Positions 27,050-40,200 of a DNA stretch of 64,000 nt are shown one piece after another. How positions within the stretch are numbered: position 1 is the stretch's first letter; each line of letters begins with the position of its first letter. A model generated the notes under the pieces. It was not told the DNA's origin, searched no databases, and saw only the letters and a list, made by a program, of their open reading frames with translations. This DNA is from Marsupella aquatica (Eukaryota > Plantae > Marchantiophyta), in NCBI GenBank assembly GCA_973895155.1, contig OZ316891.1, forward strand, positions 26,217,872 through 26,281,871, read 5' to 3'. A program made the translations under genes and the position numbers.

Positions 27050-30000
27050 TCACCAATCTAAAAGCCAGTGCTTTTTCTTGCGAACCAACAAGATACCCGC
27101 AGACGCATTTGCTGATAGTACAAAAGACAGAATAACGAAAATGAAAATGACCTCAAGAGATCTTCTCGTTATTATTATCCAGCATTGTGGGATTTGATAA
27201 AAATATAAATAATTCAACCATTAAAGCAACGTAACATGGAGCGAAGAATATGTCACAAACTCACCTCCATCGGGGTAAATAGAGTTATAGTGCACCTCGG
27301 CCCAAAAGCTCAGATAAATTTCTGCATCCAAAGACGTGCAACAAAACCACCATTATCGAGATGAAACACCTATTCATGCCAGAACAGTTGTTTAACCTTC
27401 AAATCGCTTTTGCAGCCTCTACCTAAAGAGGGCTGTCATCCGATAAAACTAAATTATTTTCTTGCTTCAGAATGAGAAAAACACTTTCTGGGACACGAGA
27501 TTAGTAGGACTTGAAGATCTGACCTCGATTTGATAGAATTCTCATAGGCAATATTTCAATAAAGGATGTGTCCTTGAATGAAGTAATCAGCGAGATCTTA
27601 ACTCCGTACTGCAAGGCCACATAGAAATTAAACGTTTTCAGACGCTCAACGCAAGGGACAGATATGATTGGCCCGTTCAATTCTTCAGCACTTGCATTTA
27701 AGATGGTGTGCGATCTTCGCCCTTTACATTCCCAGCCGGACAATTCATACTCAGTCGCAGAAGTCTAAAGATACGAAAACAACCGTAAGAAAAAGTAATC
27801 ATGTCCAATGAAGGACAAAGATCAATTATTCCATTAATCTATATAGATAACTTGTCTATAGTACGAAGCAGAGAAACGTGAGGGCAGTACGCTGTCTGCT
27901 GCGGCTTGTAATGTGACATGATCGCCCCATTCCCCACTCCTGCCATGCAAAATGCAAAGAGAAAGTTGTCAATAAGGAGAGTATTATGCCGTACAATCCA
28001 CTGCTAAAACCGCAGGTGACCATATATCACATAGAGCTATGCGTATTGTATTTCTTTCTACTATTGAATGGCATTATCACCGTGCTAAAAACTGTCCACC
28101 TCTAAGAAAATCTTCCAGGGCAAGACAGCTTCGAAGCAATTTCTTAAGCTCGGCTAGCCAGTTGAGAAGGCAGAATTGAGTGTGGATTCAGGAGTTCACT
28201 TCACAGTCCAAATGATTAAACAAACACATGAACCTGAGCCTTAATTGTTCAGGGACGTACTTGGCCATCTTCTTCAAATATTCACTGTAAGGCATTGTGA
28301 CGTAACCCTCATACACATCTGGATGAGCTTTGAGCTGCACAGTTTGCCATCCGATCATTAGTGGAGAGTCTGTTGCCAGCAATGGGTAGATACGACTGAA
28401 AATTGAATAAAACCAGAAAAAACCAGACATCGAGGTATACCTACCTCAGTATCCAACTGACAACCTAGCAATGATTGGGTAACTTCTCCACACTGATGAC
28501 AATGAGCGGCTTTAAAAGCCTCTTGTTCAACCATTGGTAAACTGCATCGTTCTCAAGGTCAGATCTAAACAATAATTGATGGAGGTGTTTCAATGAACTA
28601 CCTGATTGACAATTTTCTTCCGCAAAAACTTGTGATGCTCTGGTGTCCGATACAATTGGTCTGACAATGCTCGGAACTGTAATCAGAGACACTACCAACT
28701 CAACGTCAGTGCCATTTGCATGAAAATTTTGTTGAGGGTCTGGATGAAAAGTATCAAGAGGAGAAATTGACGAGTAGGAACAAACCTGGCAGTTCCCGTC
28801 CCCTTGTATGTGCCTTTCGTTTAAACCATACAGAACTAGTCTGCGAGATGAAGATAAATGAATTAAATGGGGAAATTCCAGGCATCATATCTAGTGATCA
28901 AGTACACTAAACACCTTGCAATGCCAGTTTACTTGAAAGATGTGCACCATTGACCATTGTTTAGTTGCTGTTGTTTAGCCTCTTGAAGCACGTTCTTTTC
29001 CAAGAATTGCAATTTATGAGCAGACATAAATATCCATAAATATTAGTTCGGAAAAGCGGCAATAACCCTTAGGTCTATACCCTTAGGTGACTAGACTTGA
29101 CATTAGATACAGCGCATACAATGTTCGACAAACCCTTGTATAACTAAACATAGATATCACCATGGACCGGAGATAAAATATCCTCCAGTCAATTTGATCA
29201 CCCAACAATCAAAAGAACCCCGCACAAATTTTAAAAACTATATCACATCCTACTTGCTAACTAGGTCACAAACTCAAATGGTGACATATTACAGCACTTC
29301 TAAAAGAGTTGTGCAGTGGATCGAATTGAGACGCAACTACCCCAGGATTAAACAGCTAATACAATGATCGAATAGGAGAGGGATATTAAATACTTACCTC
29401 TCCATAAGACGTGCATGGTCCAGTGATGCATCATCAAAAGTTGGCAACGCATCGGCATTTTCTCTAGGAACATGCTGTCAATGTACTCAATTACATGATT
29501 CGCAAAGAATTAGATTCGCATCCAATGCATTCTGTATCTAGATACTTGCACCTTGCAATCATAAATTTTCAAGAAGCGCAACGTGGTCCGGCTCGTTATC
29601 AGAGGATCCAAATTATACGTAGCCGGGACATTCGTGATGAATTGGACCTAACCACCTGGGTGAAGCTACCACGCTTCCAAAAAGGATTTCAAATGGTGAT
29701 GAACCCACGTAAAAGAACACGAACATCAAAGCAGATAGTTCAGTAAGTAATTACTGATCGTTTCATGAAACTAATTTAGGCGATCCACTGTTCAAGCAGC
29801 AACTCACATCTCTCGAAACGATTCCATTTACTTACTTTGGCACAGGAAAGTTGGAACAGATAAGATCCTCACCCGGATAGAGTCTAACTTTGTCAGGCGC
29901 TTGGCAACTTCTTTGTCAAGCTGATGTTGCTCCTCAGATGTTGACAGAGCCAAAGCAAGTTTGAGATTTTCTTCATCATCATCACCGTACTGATATGAAT

Positions 30001-30527
30001 CATAATCGGGGGGGGAATTCCTTGCTGTCGAACTTGAACTTGAACCACGCTTTGGAGGCCCCATTGTGTCTCTGTCTTCTACGCTGACTGATTGAACATT
30101 ACCAGCTAACCGATTTTGTCGGTAATCACCCGGTTGTCCATAATATTCTTGATTCTCCCTTAAGGGGTCTAAGTTGGAACTGGTTTCCCCGTGTCTGCTG
30201 TTAAGATCTTGCCAGCTTTGACTCAAAACTGCAGCCTCAGCAGATTCTTCAGTATGCGGCAGCTTTGACAATTCCTCTTGAAGTGCAAGAGCAATGGCTT
30301 CATCGTTCACGATATTATAGTTCACATCAGGTGGTCGATTCATCAAATGTGGTTCATGAGGCTGAATTAGATACGGGTAGGTGTTGCTAGGGTTGTTGGC
30401 TCCTGCAACACAAAACCCACCCCCGCCTTCGAGCTCATTGAGACCCCATCTCAACACGTCTGGATCATCTGCATATGAATTTGAGCTATCAGTGTCCAAT
30501 ACTTGAAAGACTCCCAAAGAGCATAAC
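27050..30527 (-). CDS. OTU-domain deubiquitinase, plant OTU9-OTU12 clade (start codon unresolved)
   Basis: Nine phase-consistent GT-AG exons: 30527-29873, 29474-29398, 28840-28786, 28676-28602, 28334-28261, 27939-27891, 27608-27524, 27321-27265, 27111-27050. They give DPDVLRWGL, HVPR..DHARL, catalytic GDGNCQFRALSDQLY, SGEWGDHVTLQAAAD, LSFWAEVHYNSIY and C-terminal RKKKHWL. Confidence 0.93.
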
Positions 30528-31835
30528 CTAACACAAAGCAGAGCTCAACAGCGGTAGAGCGAACACAAGAACGAAGAGATGAAGGAGAAAAGTTGAGAAA
30601 GCGTCATTTCGTAACAATTCACACCCAGAAAAAGAAATTCAGCTTCGTTATCAATTAGGTCCTGACTCGTCGTGACTAGATGGACCTGGCAAACAATTGT
30701 CTGTGCCATGGCAACTAATTGAAGGCAGGAGGTAATTACATTCAACGGTTGTCTTAGTTTTACTTTCAACACTTGTTATGGATTGGAAATCTCAGGTAGG
30801 AGAATGCGACAAGAACAAGTTCAATTTGGATGCAAGACGAGGAGCCACAACTTTGCAGGTGCTAGAGCCACTGCCAATCAGAATTCAATTCAGAAGTCCT
30901 ATCACGACACAGTAATATTCTCACACAAGCAAAAGTCTCACTAAAGTCAGGATCCCACTTGCCTGCCACATTGACACAATATCAGTGCACAAAGACTACA
31001 CTTCCCGCATGACTCTATTTTACAGAAGGTGGCGGTAGTATCAATCTCGGAGTCGTTCTTTGTGAGCAAATGCTTCTAAGGAAAGAACGAGCCTTTCTAC
31101 GTCTTTGAAGACAATTTGCTGTCCTAAAATGTCAAAATCTCCTGCGTTCAGCAGTCAGTAGTAAACTTTGGCAGATCACATACAAAAAGTCCCCTATACA
31201 CGATCTTCTGTCGCTAAGAAGTTCTCCGGTCGAACGGACCGACTACAGACAACCTTTCTTGCGACTTCACTGCCTTCGAAATTTGTGTTTTCCCTGGGGC
31301 CCCGCCCACGACCGTCGGATGGAATTTTCATTACTTAACAGGGTCATACTGAATTCTAATGCTCATGCAGAAAGTAAGAGGATTCACATCCCACACACCT
31401 ACACCGTGTAAGGAGAGAGATCTCGGCGGAAGAGACCGACAACCAAATTGCGCAAGCGCGAGACACCGAGAAGGCATACGGAGGACAGGAATTGATCCAA
31501 AACTTACAAGTCGCCAGCGTTGTGTGCTTTGAACTTCCCCGGCTACTGTTTGGCAATCTCACACCAAAAACCCTCACGGCAAGCACCAATTCGCCCTCCA
31601 AGTAACCGAACCACTTCCAATTCAATTCAGTCTCTCCACCACCACAGGCAGGCGACAACTACAGTACCATCCCCGACTTCACCTCCTCTATTCCAGTCCA
31701 ATCCAATGCAGTCCAATGCAGTCCAATCAGGCCCATTCAGCACGATCCCGTTTTAATTGAAGTCTCAAAATGTAACAATCATCCCGCATCAAGTACCCGC
31801 TCGCATTCCTCCGATTCGAATTCCGCGCATCGATC

Positions 31836-32310
31836 AAACCCTAACATACCTGGAAGCCGGAGCCACACCACACCACACCACACCACACCACGCGGGGGCT
31901 GAGACGATGAACACCGTAAGCAATGGTGCAGAATCGGGGAAGGGAAATCACATCACACATCACACCATTCAATCAAAAACCAATTCTAGCTGGATGCCCA
32001 AGGCACGGAACTGAACTAACATCAACGTCACTTCACCGCAAGCGAACCCTAGCAGGAGGAGTACCGTCGGAACCCAGAATACCGCCCACGAGTCCACCAC
32101 CGCCATCTTGGATTGAAACCCAAGGAATGGAATCCGAGGACATTGGGAAAGAAGCAAGCAAGCGCGATCCAATTAATGATCCATCCATCAGCCCCCGCCG
32201 CCGGGGACGACACCACTGGCCCCATTGCCCCAAGAACGGAGACGTGCTGTTGATCGTCCTAAATTGGGCCCCAGTACTGAATTGGGTTCAGCTGAATTCG
32301 GGCCCAAGTT
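31836..32310 (-). promoter_or_regulatory. probable 5' leader exon and promoter of the OTU gene
   Basis: Strong donor CAG|gtatgt at 31850/31849, telo-box AAACCCTAA at 31836-31844, (TGGTG)n leader repeat and site-II-like TGGGCC motifs near 32265-32306. Confidence 0.5.
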
Positions 32311-32521
32311 TCGTGTCCTGTCCTGTCCTGTCCCATGCTGTCCTTCTGATGCAGTGTTGGGTTAATAATAATATTATTATTATTATTATAGTTATTATTA
32401 CTCCTCCGGTTCACGCATCCGATGCGGTGATGACGCCGGTGTCAGCACCTTTACATTTCATGAGGGATTTCATGAGGGATATGCTTAGTAGACCCCTTCT
32501 GGAAAAACCTTTACATTTCAT

Positions 32522-32700
32522 GAGGGATATACTTAGTAGACCCCCTTTTGGAAAAAGTTTGCTTAATCAACCCCCTTGATACTTTTCCCCAATCTAGATT
32601 GTTGATGGCCCTTTTGATCTCAGATCTGGACCCTTGATGGACCTCAGGGGGTCTATCAAGTAACAAGTTTCATTTTGGGGGTCGATCAAGCAAATGTCTC
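32522..32700. mobile_element. short Mutator-like MITE upstream of the OTU gene
   Basis: Imperfect TIRs GAGGGATATACTTAGTAGACCCCC / GGGGGTCGATCAAGCAAATGTCTC with TACATTTCAT repeated on both sides. Confidence 0.6.
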
Positions 32701-33625
32701 TACATTTCATACACTACTTCTTCTTCGTTCGTTTCGTTTCGTTTCCCTTTCGTTTCCTATCTATACGAGCCTTATGCCATGAGCCTTATGCCATGCCAGT
32801 GCATTGCATCAATCCAGAGTCTGGTCGGGACATTTGTGGGGGGCAATGGGAAACACATATGTGTTAGGGGTGTATATTTTTTGATCAATGGTCAGGAAAA
32901 ATAACTAATCCAATCTTAAGGTTATGGATCTTTCATGCCCAGGAACTTTTTTGTATTGAGACTAGGGACGGAACAAAGTATATAGATCACCCCTGCTTGA
33001 AATTTTTCTTTTTGGTTCTTTTCTTTTGATTTCCTTTTGTTTTTCTTTTTGTTCCTTTGTTCAGCTTTTGGTATCTTTGTGTTTTCCTTTCTTGACTTTT
33101 GGGCTGAGCAAACTTTTTAAAAGGGGTGGCCCATTGCCTTCATTTTATTCCGTTGAAGATTCAAATGTGGACCCTATAAGGGTGGAACTCTATAACGGGT
33201 GGAATGCTCCACTTGGCTTTACAAGAACTAGGGACAGTCAATTAACTATGTTGTCCACTAATCCTGGTGTCTACCAATCGTGGCAAATAGTGGGCCCAAG
33301 TGAATGCTCAGGTGGAGTCCTTATCTTGCCAGGAATTGTAGACCACCTATACATTTAAATTTTGGCTCCATCATTCAAGGGATTTATTAAAGTTTATTCT
33401 AAAAGTCTGTTTGTATTTATTGAAGTTAATTTCAAAAAATCTTTGGTATAGTTCATCACACTATTGTTTGTATTTATTGAAGCTTATTTCAAAAGTTCTT
33501 TGATCAGGTTTATTGCACTATTGCGTATATATGGAACGTGAAGGAGTGTAGATAAATCTGCACTAGCTTGTCACACTATGGGAGTGGTAGATCTTTTATT
33601 TTTTCTCTTTCCTCTTTCTAGGTTT

Positions 33626-34126
33626 CAGCTTTTTACAATCCTGTCCCCCAAACTAGCCTAATTTCATAACCTGCCCCCCAAACAAATTAAATTGCTAAGT
33701 TGCCCCCCATTCCGTAGATCCGTTTAGGCATACCCAGTACATGGTCCCTGGTGCCACATGGCAAGCCGCCACCGGTCCGGGCTAAGCCCTGCCCCTCTAG
33801 CCCTTCCCCATCGAGGCACTCCCATCGCCGGCCCAAACAGAGCCATCCCACTCCGTCGCCGGCCTGAACAAAGCCCTCCCGCTCCCGTCGCTGGCCCGAA
33901 CAAAGCCCTCCCGCAAATGACCTGTTTTTGGCCCCTCACCCATACTTGTGAGAACGATGCCCATGCTTAGCCCGGACCAGTGGCGACTTGCCATGTGGCA
34001 CCAGGGACCATGTACTGGGTATGCCTAGACAGATCTATGGAATGGGGGGCAACTTAGCAATTTAATTTGTTTGGGGGGCAGGTTCTGAAATTCGGCTAGT
34101 TTGGGGGATAGGATAGTAAAAAGCTG
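33626..34126. mobile_element. Mutator/foldback-type MITE (501 bp) with ~162-bp TIRs
   Basis: 33626-33787 and 33965-34126 are near-perfect reverse complements; 10-bp TSD TTCTAGGTTT on both sides; the loop holds three ~31-bp repeats. Confidence 0.9.
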
Positions 34127-36100
34127 TTCTAGGTTTTTGGGGTTTACCTTTGCACACTTCTTTGGGGAGACCCCTTTTGCTTTCTCTTCATTGTCCTTCC
34201 TTAGGCCCTTTTGTAAAGAAGCTTAGACTGTATTAACTCTTTATGGGTCACAAGTTTATGTTTAGAACAAGAAGTGGCCCTCCTGCTTTGGTAAACAAAG
34301 TCACAAGTGCCCCCAACGTTTCTTCAAGCCACCCTCACTTGAAGTGATGGGGCCACAAAGTTAGGCTTGCCCATGGGCCTGCCTTTTTTTCAAATAGTAC
34401 TAGGTTTTACTGCAAAATAGGTTCATGGAGAGTAATTCTGGGATGGACCACTCCCATAAACCTTGCCCAGGTGGACCAGGTTACTTTTGACCAGGAAAGC
34501 ATGGGAATTTTTACAAAGAAAGCTTGCTGTCTGAATAGTTCTGACAATTTTGAACAGCATTGTCAAGCTGGTTCAGGGAAAGAGACCATGCAGCTAATCA
34601 AAGGTGAATAAATTCCCAAAAGCAGAACGAGCTGGGTTGAGTCCTTGCAATGTATACGCAGAAATTGAAGCTCCTTTAAAACCTCAAGAATTGCTTCACT
34701 TGGAAACCCAAAAAGAAGGCTCCTTGAAGTGCTTGAGATAGGGTTTGAGGCGCTGTTCACTGCACTCCATTAATATCCCGGAAATCTTCACATTCCTCAT
34801 CAATCGGCAAATCCCTCTCCAAACCCACCCAGTTGCAACAAGAGGCTCTCCTTTTGAGCCTTGTCAATTGCATGAATCTGAACTCCGTTAAAGTAGCTTC
34901 ATGTCAGCAAATGTATGCGACTCAATCATCGCCCAATGAAGAAACTGAACTTGGTCAAATGGTCATCAACAAATCCAATATCCAATGTCCACGACTCTTA
35001 TGTGGAAAGATTCTACTGAAACAGACTAGTAGATAATTCTCAATACTCAAAGCAATTGCATGAAATGACCGGTGAGATTGATTATCTGTAAAATAGCCCC
35101 TCACACAGGTAAGTCATAAGACTGAGGGTGAGCTAACAAAGAGCTTGAGTGGGCTCGCTTAGACAATGATCTAAGAAGCTACCAGTCAGGCTACCGGTGC
35201 TACGATCAGTGACCACAGGCATGCCATCGGGAGTCACCCAGCTGCCACGGCCTGCACCATTGCCCCATCACCCTCCATGTTGTATTCATCTAAGTAGGTG
35301 CTCCAGAGCACCAAATTTTGGCATCTTCATCTCATATTCAATTCTTCTTCTAGTAAATATTGGAGTACAATCGAGCAAAAGAATGGGAATGCATCGAGCA
35401 ACAGCAACTGGTATTTGATTCACACTTCTCAGTCTCTGGGCATCCAAGCTTCCATCCCGATCCTTCTCCCTTGCCAGTCCATGCGACTGTGCACCATATT
35501 TAGCATACTCCTCTCTCACACTCAATGCCTCCTAACAGTGTGAAGTAGCTCCCATTTGTGAAGTTGTGTTGTTCTGAACTCCCCATTGACATATGGAGAA
35601 GCACCTCCTGCAGACCTTGCAGCTGCTTGAGTATGCGTTCGAAAGTGGGTGCTGATGCTGGGTTCGTATGTTAACTCACCCTGAATTCAAGTGAAAATAA
35701 TGGTTGACTCAGCCAAGTTTGACCACTTTATGGAGAAGTCTACTACAAGTTGCAATATCTATTCTCCCACAATCTATTGATTGTGAGGAATGTATTTTTG
35801 GGGTAGGTGACAGTAATTAGTCTATCTGACATTGATATGATATAACATTAATTGTGGTCACAAGTCAAATTGTGTCACACACTCAAGTTACAACACGGAT
35901 AGGACAATAGTCAAATTTTGCATGAAAAATATTAAAAATGTCCACAATATCTACAGTAGCTACGGGTTACAATTTATTCACATGAACTACTAAAAACATA
36001 TGGAGCACATTTCAGAAATTCATAACCTTGTTATTGCTATTGCTAAACACAGGATAACATTTGATGTTTGCTAAACACAGGATAACATTTGATGTTTGCT

Positions 36101-36380
36101 ATATATAGCATGCTCATCCTGGAAGGTTATTTAGAATCATTCTTCTCACTCATAATAATACTTAAAAGTGGTAGAAAATGAAACCCTTGGTTTCTCTCTA
36201 AGAGGTATCAAAGTTTAAAATTAAGGGGCTGCCCAAATAAATTCAAAATACTGTAGGTTACCAAACTTTAAAGGGGTCCAAAAATGAATTAAAAGTATGA
36301 TGCCCCTTGTTAAGATACAAATAAAATTAGACACAAAAATATGAAAGACAAAATATGAAAGTTGGATTCACCATATGGCA
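36101..36380 (+). repeat. dispersed repeat, second copy at 52690-52975
   Basis: Shared blocks TATAGCATGCTCATCCTGGAA, AAAGGGGTCCAAAAATGAAT and GAAAGTTGGATTCACCATAT in the same order. Confidence 0.8.
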
Positions 36381-37212
36381 ACTTCATAACCTAGTTATTA
36401 CTAAACACAAAATTACAATCTTGGAGTTTGCTGGAATCACATTTGATGTTTGCTACATACAAACAATAGTGTCACTTGCCTCAATTCACTGGCAACCCCT
36501 ACTTAGTGTATGGGACACAAATTGTATGTGACACAAAATACTAAAAGGAGTAGCTAAAATCTATGTGGCATTGATGTTATGCACCCAATTTGTTCTAAGG
36601 ACCCTTTCTCTGGCCTACATTGGCTTACACCTTACACCTCTATGATTGCCAGTTTTGCAACGAGGTGGAATGAAAACCGAGATCTAGGAAAAAAAAATTC
36701 CACATCCAATAAACATAAATCACAGGAGAATCTGGATGCAAAACGTCTAGAAACATAGATTAATTATATTCATCAGGTCACAACAGCCACGGTCGGGCCA
36801 ATACTACAGACGGACCATAGACCATATTTACAACCACACAAGAACACGAACACTGATCTAGATGGTAGGATATCTATATATGTGGAGGGGAACATGAGCC
36901 ATCAGAGAGCTTCCTAGTTGAAAGACTGCAACGATACTCTACAAAATCATTTCTGAAGTTACTGAAATAGCCGCCAAGGCCAGCAAGTTGTCGAGCACAT
37001 GGATACTTGTCCAAGTAAAGTCGAGCGTCTTGAAACTGGTTGACCACCATAATTGTCAGCTTATACCAATAATACCATCATAAGATAGAGAACTCTCCCA
37101 CGAGACACGAAAGCGTGATATAATATTACCCTGTATGAGGTTAATTCAGTCTCTAAGGAAACTCTTCAGTGCAGGGAAAGTATCGCTCCACAGAAGACTT
37201 ACACAGGTTTGC

Positions 37213-40200
37213 TTACATATCCGCCCTTTTCTCAGCAGCCTCTTCTGGAATGTCTTGAAGTTTAATATGTGCATGTGCATCTATCTCACCAACAGCAGGT
37301 TCAATAACAGACATCTCGGTATTTGCCTCTCTTACGACTCTGGGCATAGCTGAGATACGGAAATGAGGACCTCCTGCCGTTATGGAATTGGGTGAAGTGC
37401 GAAAATTGGTGTGGTGATGAGGTCCGAGTACCGTCATCTCAGTTTTGAAACCAGCTCGGTGCTCACCCGATGAAGCGTCTTTCTCTAACGCTGAGTCTCT
37501 CACGAATTCGGCCACTCGGTCTTGAAGATCAGTTAACATGTCTCCGGAGGAACCTTGAACCAGGGCCTCCACGATCTCTAAGGCATCTTGAAACTCATGT
37601 AGATGAATTGGGTGCCCTCCCACAACAACGAGATGAGTTCGCACACGTCCTTGAAGCCCACTGTCCCCATGGCTGATATCAATCACATGTCCTCTCAGAT
37701 GCAATGATTTGCTTAATCCTCGATTCGCATGATTCCTGGCACAACCTGGTGGGATCCACGCCGGTATAGTGTTCAGTCGACGATCTTTGGTCTCCACAGC
37801 TTCATTGAAAGCATCGGCACCATCAACTGGATTCTTTCTCTTAAGAGTAACAAAGCGGCGGAGGTCTGGTGCATGTCGATCCTCAAAAGTAGACATACAG
37901 CTCTTTGCAGCCTCAGACAACAATGGCGTCTTCACTGCCAGCCAGACATTGACCAGGAAATGGTGCTCCTTGGCAAACTTGCACTGTCCACATAAAAGAC
38001 ATGTGATTCAAAAATATAAGAACAGAATCAAATCATAAACAACTCCAGTGCAAATACCTAACGGGAAAAAGAGGTCCTAGACAAGCAACCGTAACATAAT
38101 CGAATTTCATCACATCGTACAAAACTCTGGATTGAGGAACGCTCAAATGCGGGTACACAAAGCACAAATATTGCAAACTTGCGTGAAGAAATAACGACAT
38201 ATTAGAAAACAAGTAGGAAACGAGCTTTTCCAAGGAAGACGCCGTCTGATGTTGCTTACCGCTGCAATGGCATTCGGGGATGTCGTTGTCTCACAAGTAG
38301 TTGCCAGATGCTGTCTGATGCCTCTGCTAAGATACTTGACACTTTTATAAAAACATTCATCTGCAAGAACACATAATCAAAAGGATGCCATAAAACTCCC
38401 TTCAACAAACAGTTACGCACCCCGCCAAGTTCACAATACCATAGCATTATCAAAAGACGACTGCATCAATCATCCCCTCCTAAAAATTGACCTACGAGTG
38501 ATCGTCTCTAGCATATAACACCCAATCAAATTGTTCATACGAAAGAGATCTACAGCAATTTTTGTGCTACCTGCATTCAGCAAGAAGAGAGTTTTATGGA
38601 ATGGTAATGTTATCCTACTCATTGACAGATACTTTACCTCTGGCAGAATTGTCGTGAGCATGCTCAAAGCCCTGATGCTTCATCTGCTTCGGTTTAGACC
38701 ACATCCCGAACGCCCGCTGCAACCCATGCTTCTCATGGTTCTCATGATCGCCATGTCCATGCCTTTCCTCAAAATGATGCGGCTTCATGTCCTTGCTCAA
38801 GATCTGCTGCCCCGAATGCCTTTCATGGTCCCCATGCTTGTGCATCTCCTCAGAGTCATGAGGCTTCCCGACAGAACTCTCGTAAGCATGCTCAAAGCCG
38901 TGATGCTTCATCTGTTTCTGTTTACGCCACATCCCGAACGCTCGCTGCCACCAGTTCCTCTCATGGTCCCCGTGCTCACGCCCGACTCGATGAAACATAC
39001 GGTGGTCACGATTATGTTCCAAGTGACTATCCTCTGAGTCGATTACTTCAGGGAGGAGCATATTAAACTGAAGAGCCATTCCTTCGATCTATCAAAGCAC
39101 AAATGGCACTCGTTATACTCCTTGCTGATATATTCCAGATCAGAAAATCTCCCTGAGAAATTTCACATCAATTCCTATAGCAAGCATTCAGCTCGTACAT
39201 CCCATCCTAAAGTTATGAGCTATGGTTTGGCTCCAAAAAATAGTCTAACTTTAGATCCCAATTCTGAAATGGCCAATGACCGCAGATGATAAGTCCAAAC
39301 AGAAAAAACAAAACAAAACAAAACAAAAACGAGCTTCCCGCATTTTCAGCACACCGCCTGTGTACAATCCCTCAATCGCCCTATTAAAGCGAAAATCTCT
39401 AACTCACCTCCTCCAAATTACGCAGGATGTTGTGAGAGTTTACTACGCGGCAGGCAGCAGTCGTGTAGGTCTGATGCCAAGACACTATGACTGGATTGAT
39501 CTGCTTATTGGTCATCATCGAAAGACTTTGAAAGGTCGCCAGCGTTGGATGATTATTCAACAGATTGCACTGCACATCACAAAGACCTTCCCGATGAGCA
39601 CCTTTCTGATATTATGCAAGGCTAGGCCTGATCTGCTATATGCAAACGATATCCATACTCCGAGAATAAAGAGGTAGCATCAGAAGCATTTGATGACATT
39701 TTTAACATAAATGTTCACAAGAACACTTGGGCCACTTCCTTCCATGTCACACCAGGAAATCTCTATCGAGAGATAACTACAGTAATACACGAGGAGATCT
39801 ACACAAATCTGAACAGAACATAAAACCAACCGAGCAAACCACTCACAAATGTTTGCTCTTCCAAGGACGCCAAGTCACCATTGCAAATCCGTTCCCGCAG
39901 CGCAGATTTGACGCGCTTCAGAAAAGTCCTGACTTGTATCTCCACCGCATCTACGTGCGCAATACAGGATGCATTACTTGGGCGGGTCCCGTCAAAGATC
40001 GTAAACTACTATGGCGTGGACAAATCCGTCCTCAACATGAAATCAAAGAAACAAGATCCCATTTCAAACTAGCTCGCTTTCAACTCAAGACCCCCAGCCG
40101 CTACGAGACTGATGTGCTGACAAAAACTTCGTAAGCTCTACACTAAAAGATTGATTGTTTCGCCAAACAATTGTCTTAGAGAAAATACGGCAATCGTTCA

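Noticed and set aside
31923-32579. 218-aa plus-strand ORF
   Set aside because: Crosses the OTU leader/promoter, simple repeats and a MITE; not protein-like.
34480-35690. Coding-looking minus-strand stretch
   Set aside because: Stops in all frames and no motif I can assign; probably an old transposon remnant.
38531-39037. 168-aa Met/Leu-rich plus-strand ORF
   Set aside because: Antisense shadow of the His-rich exon.
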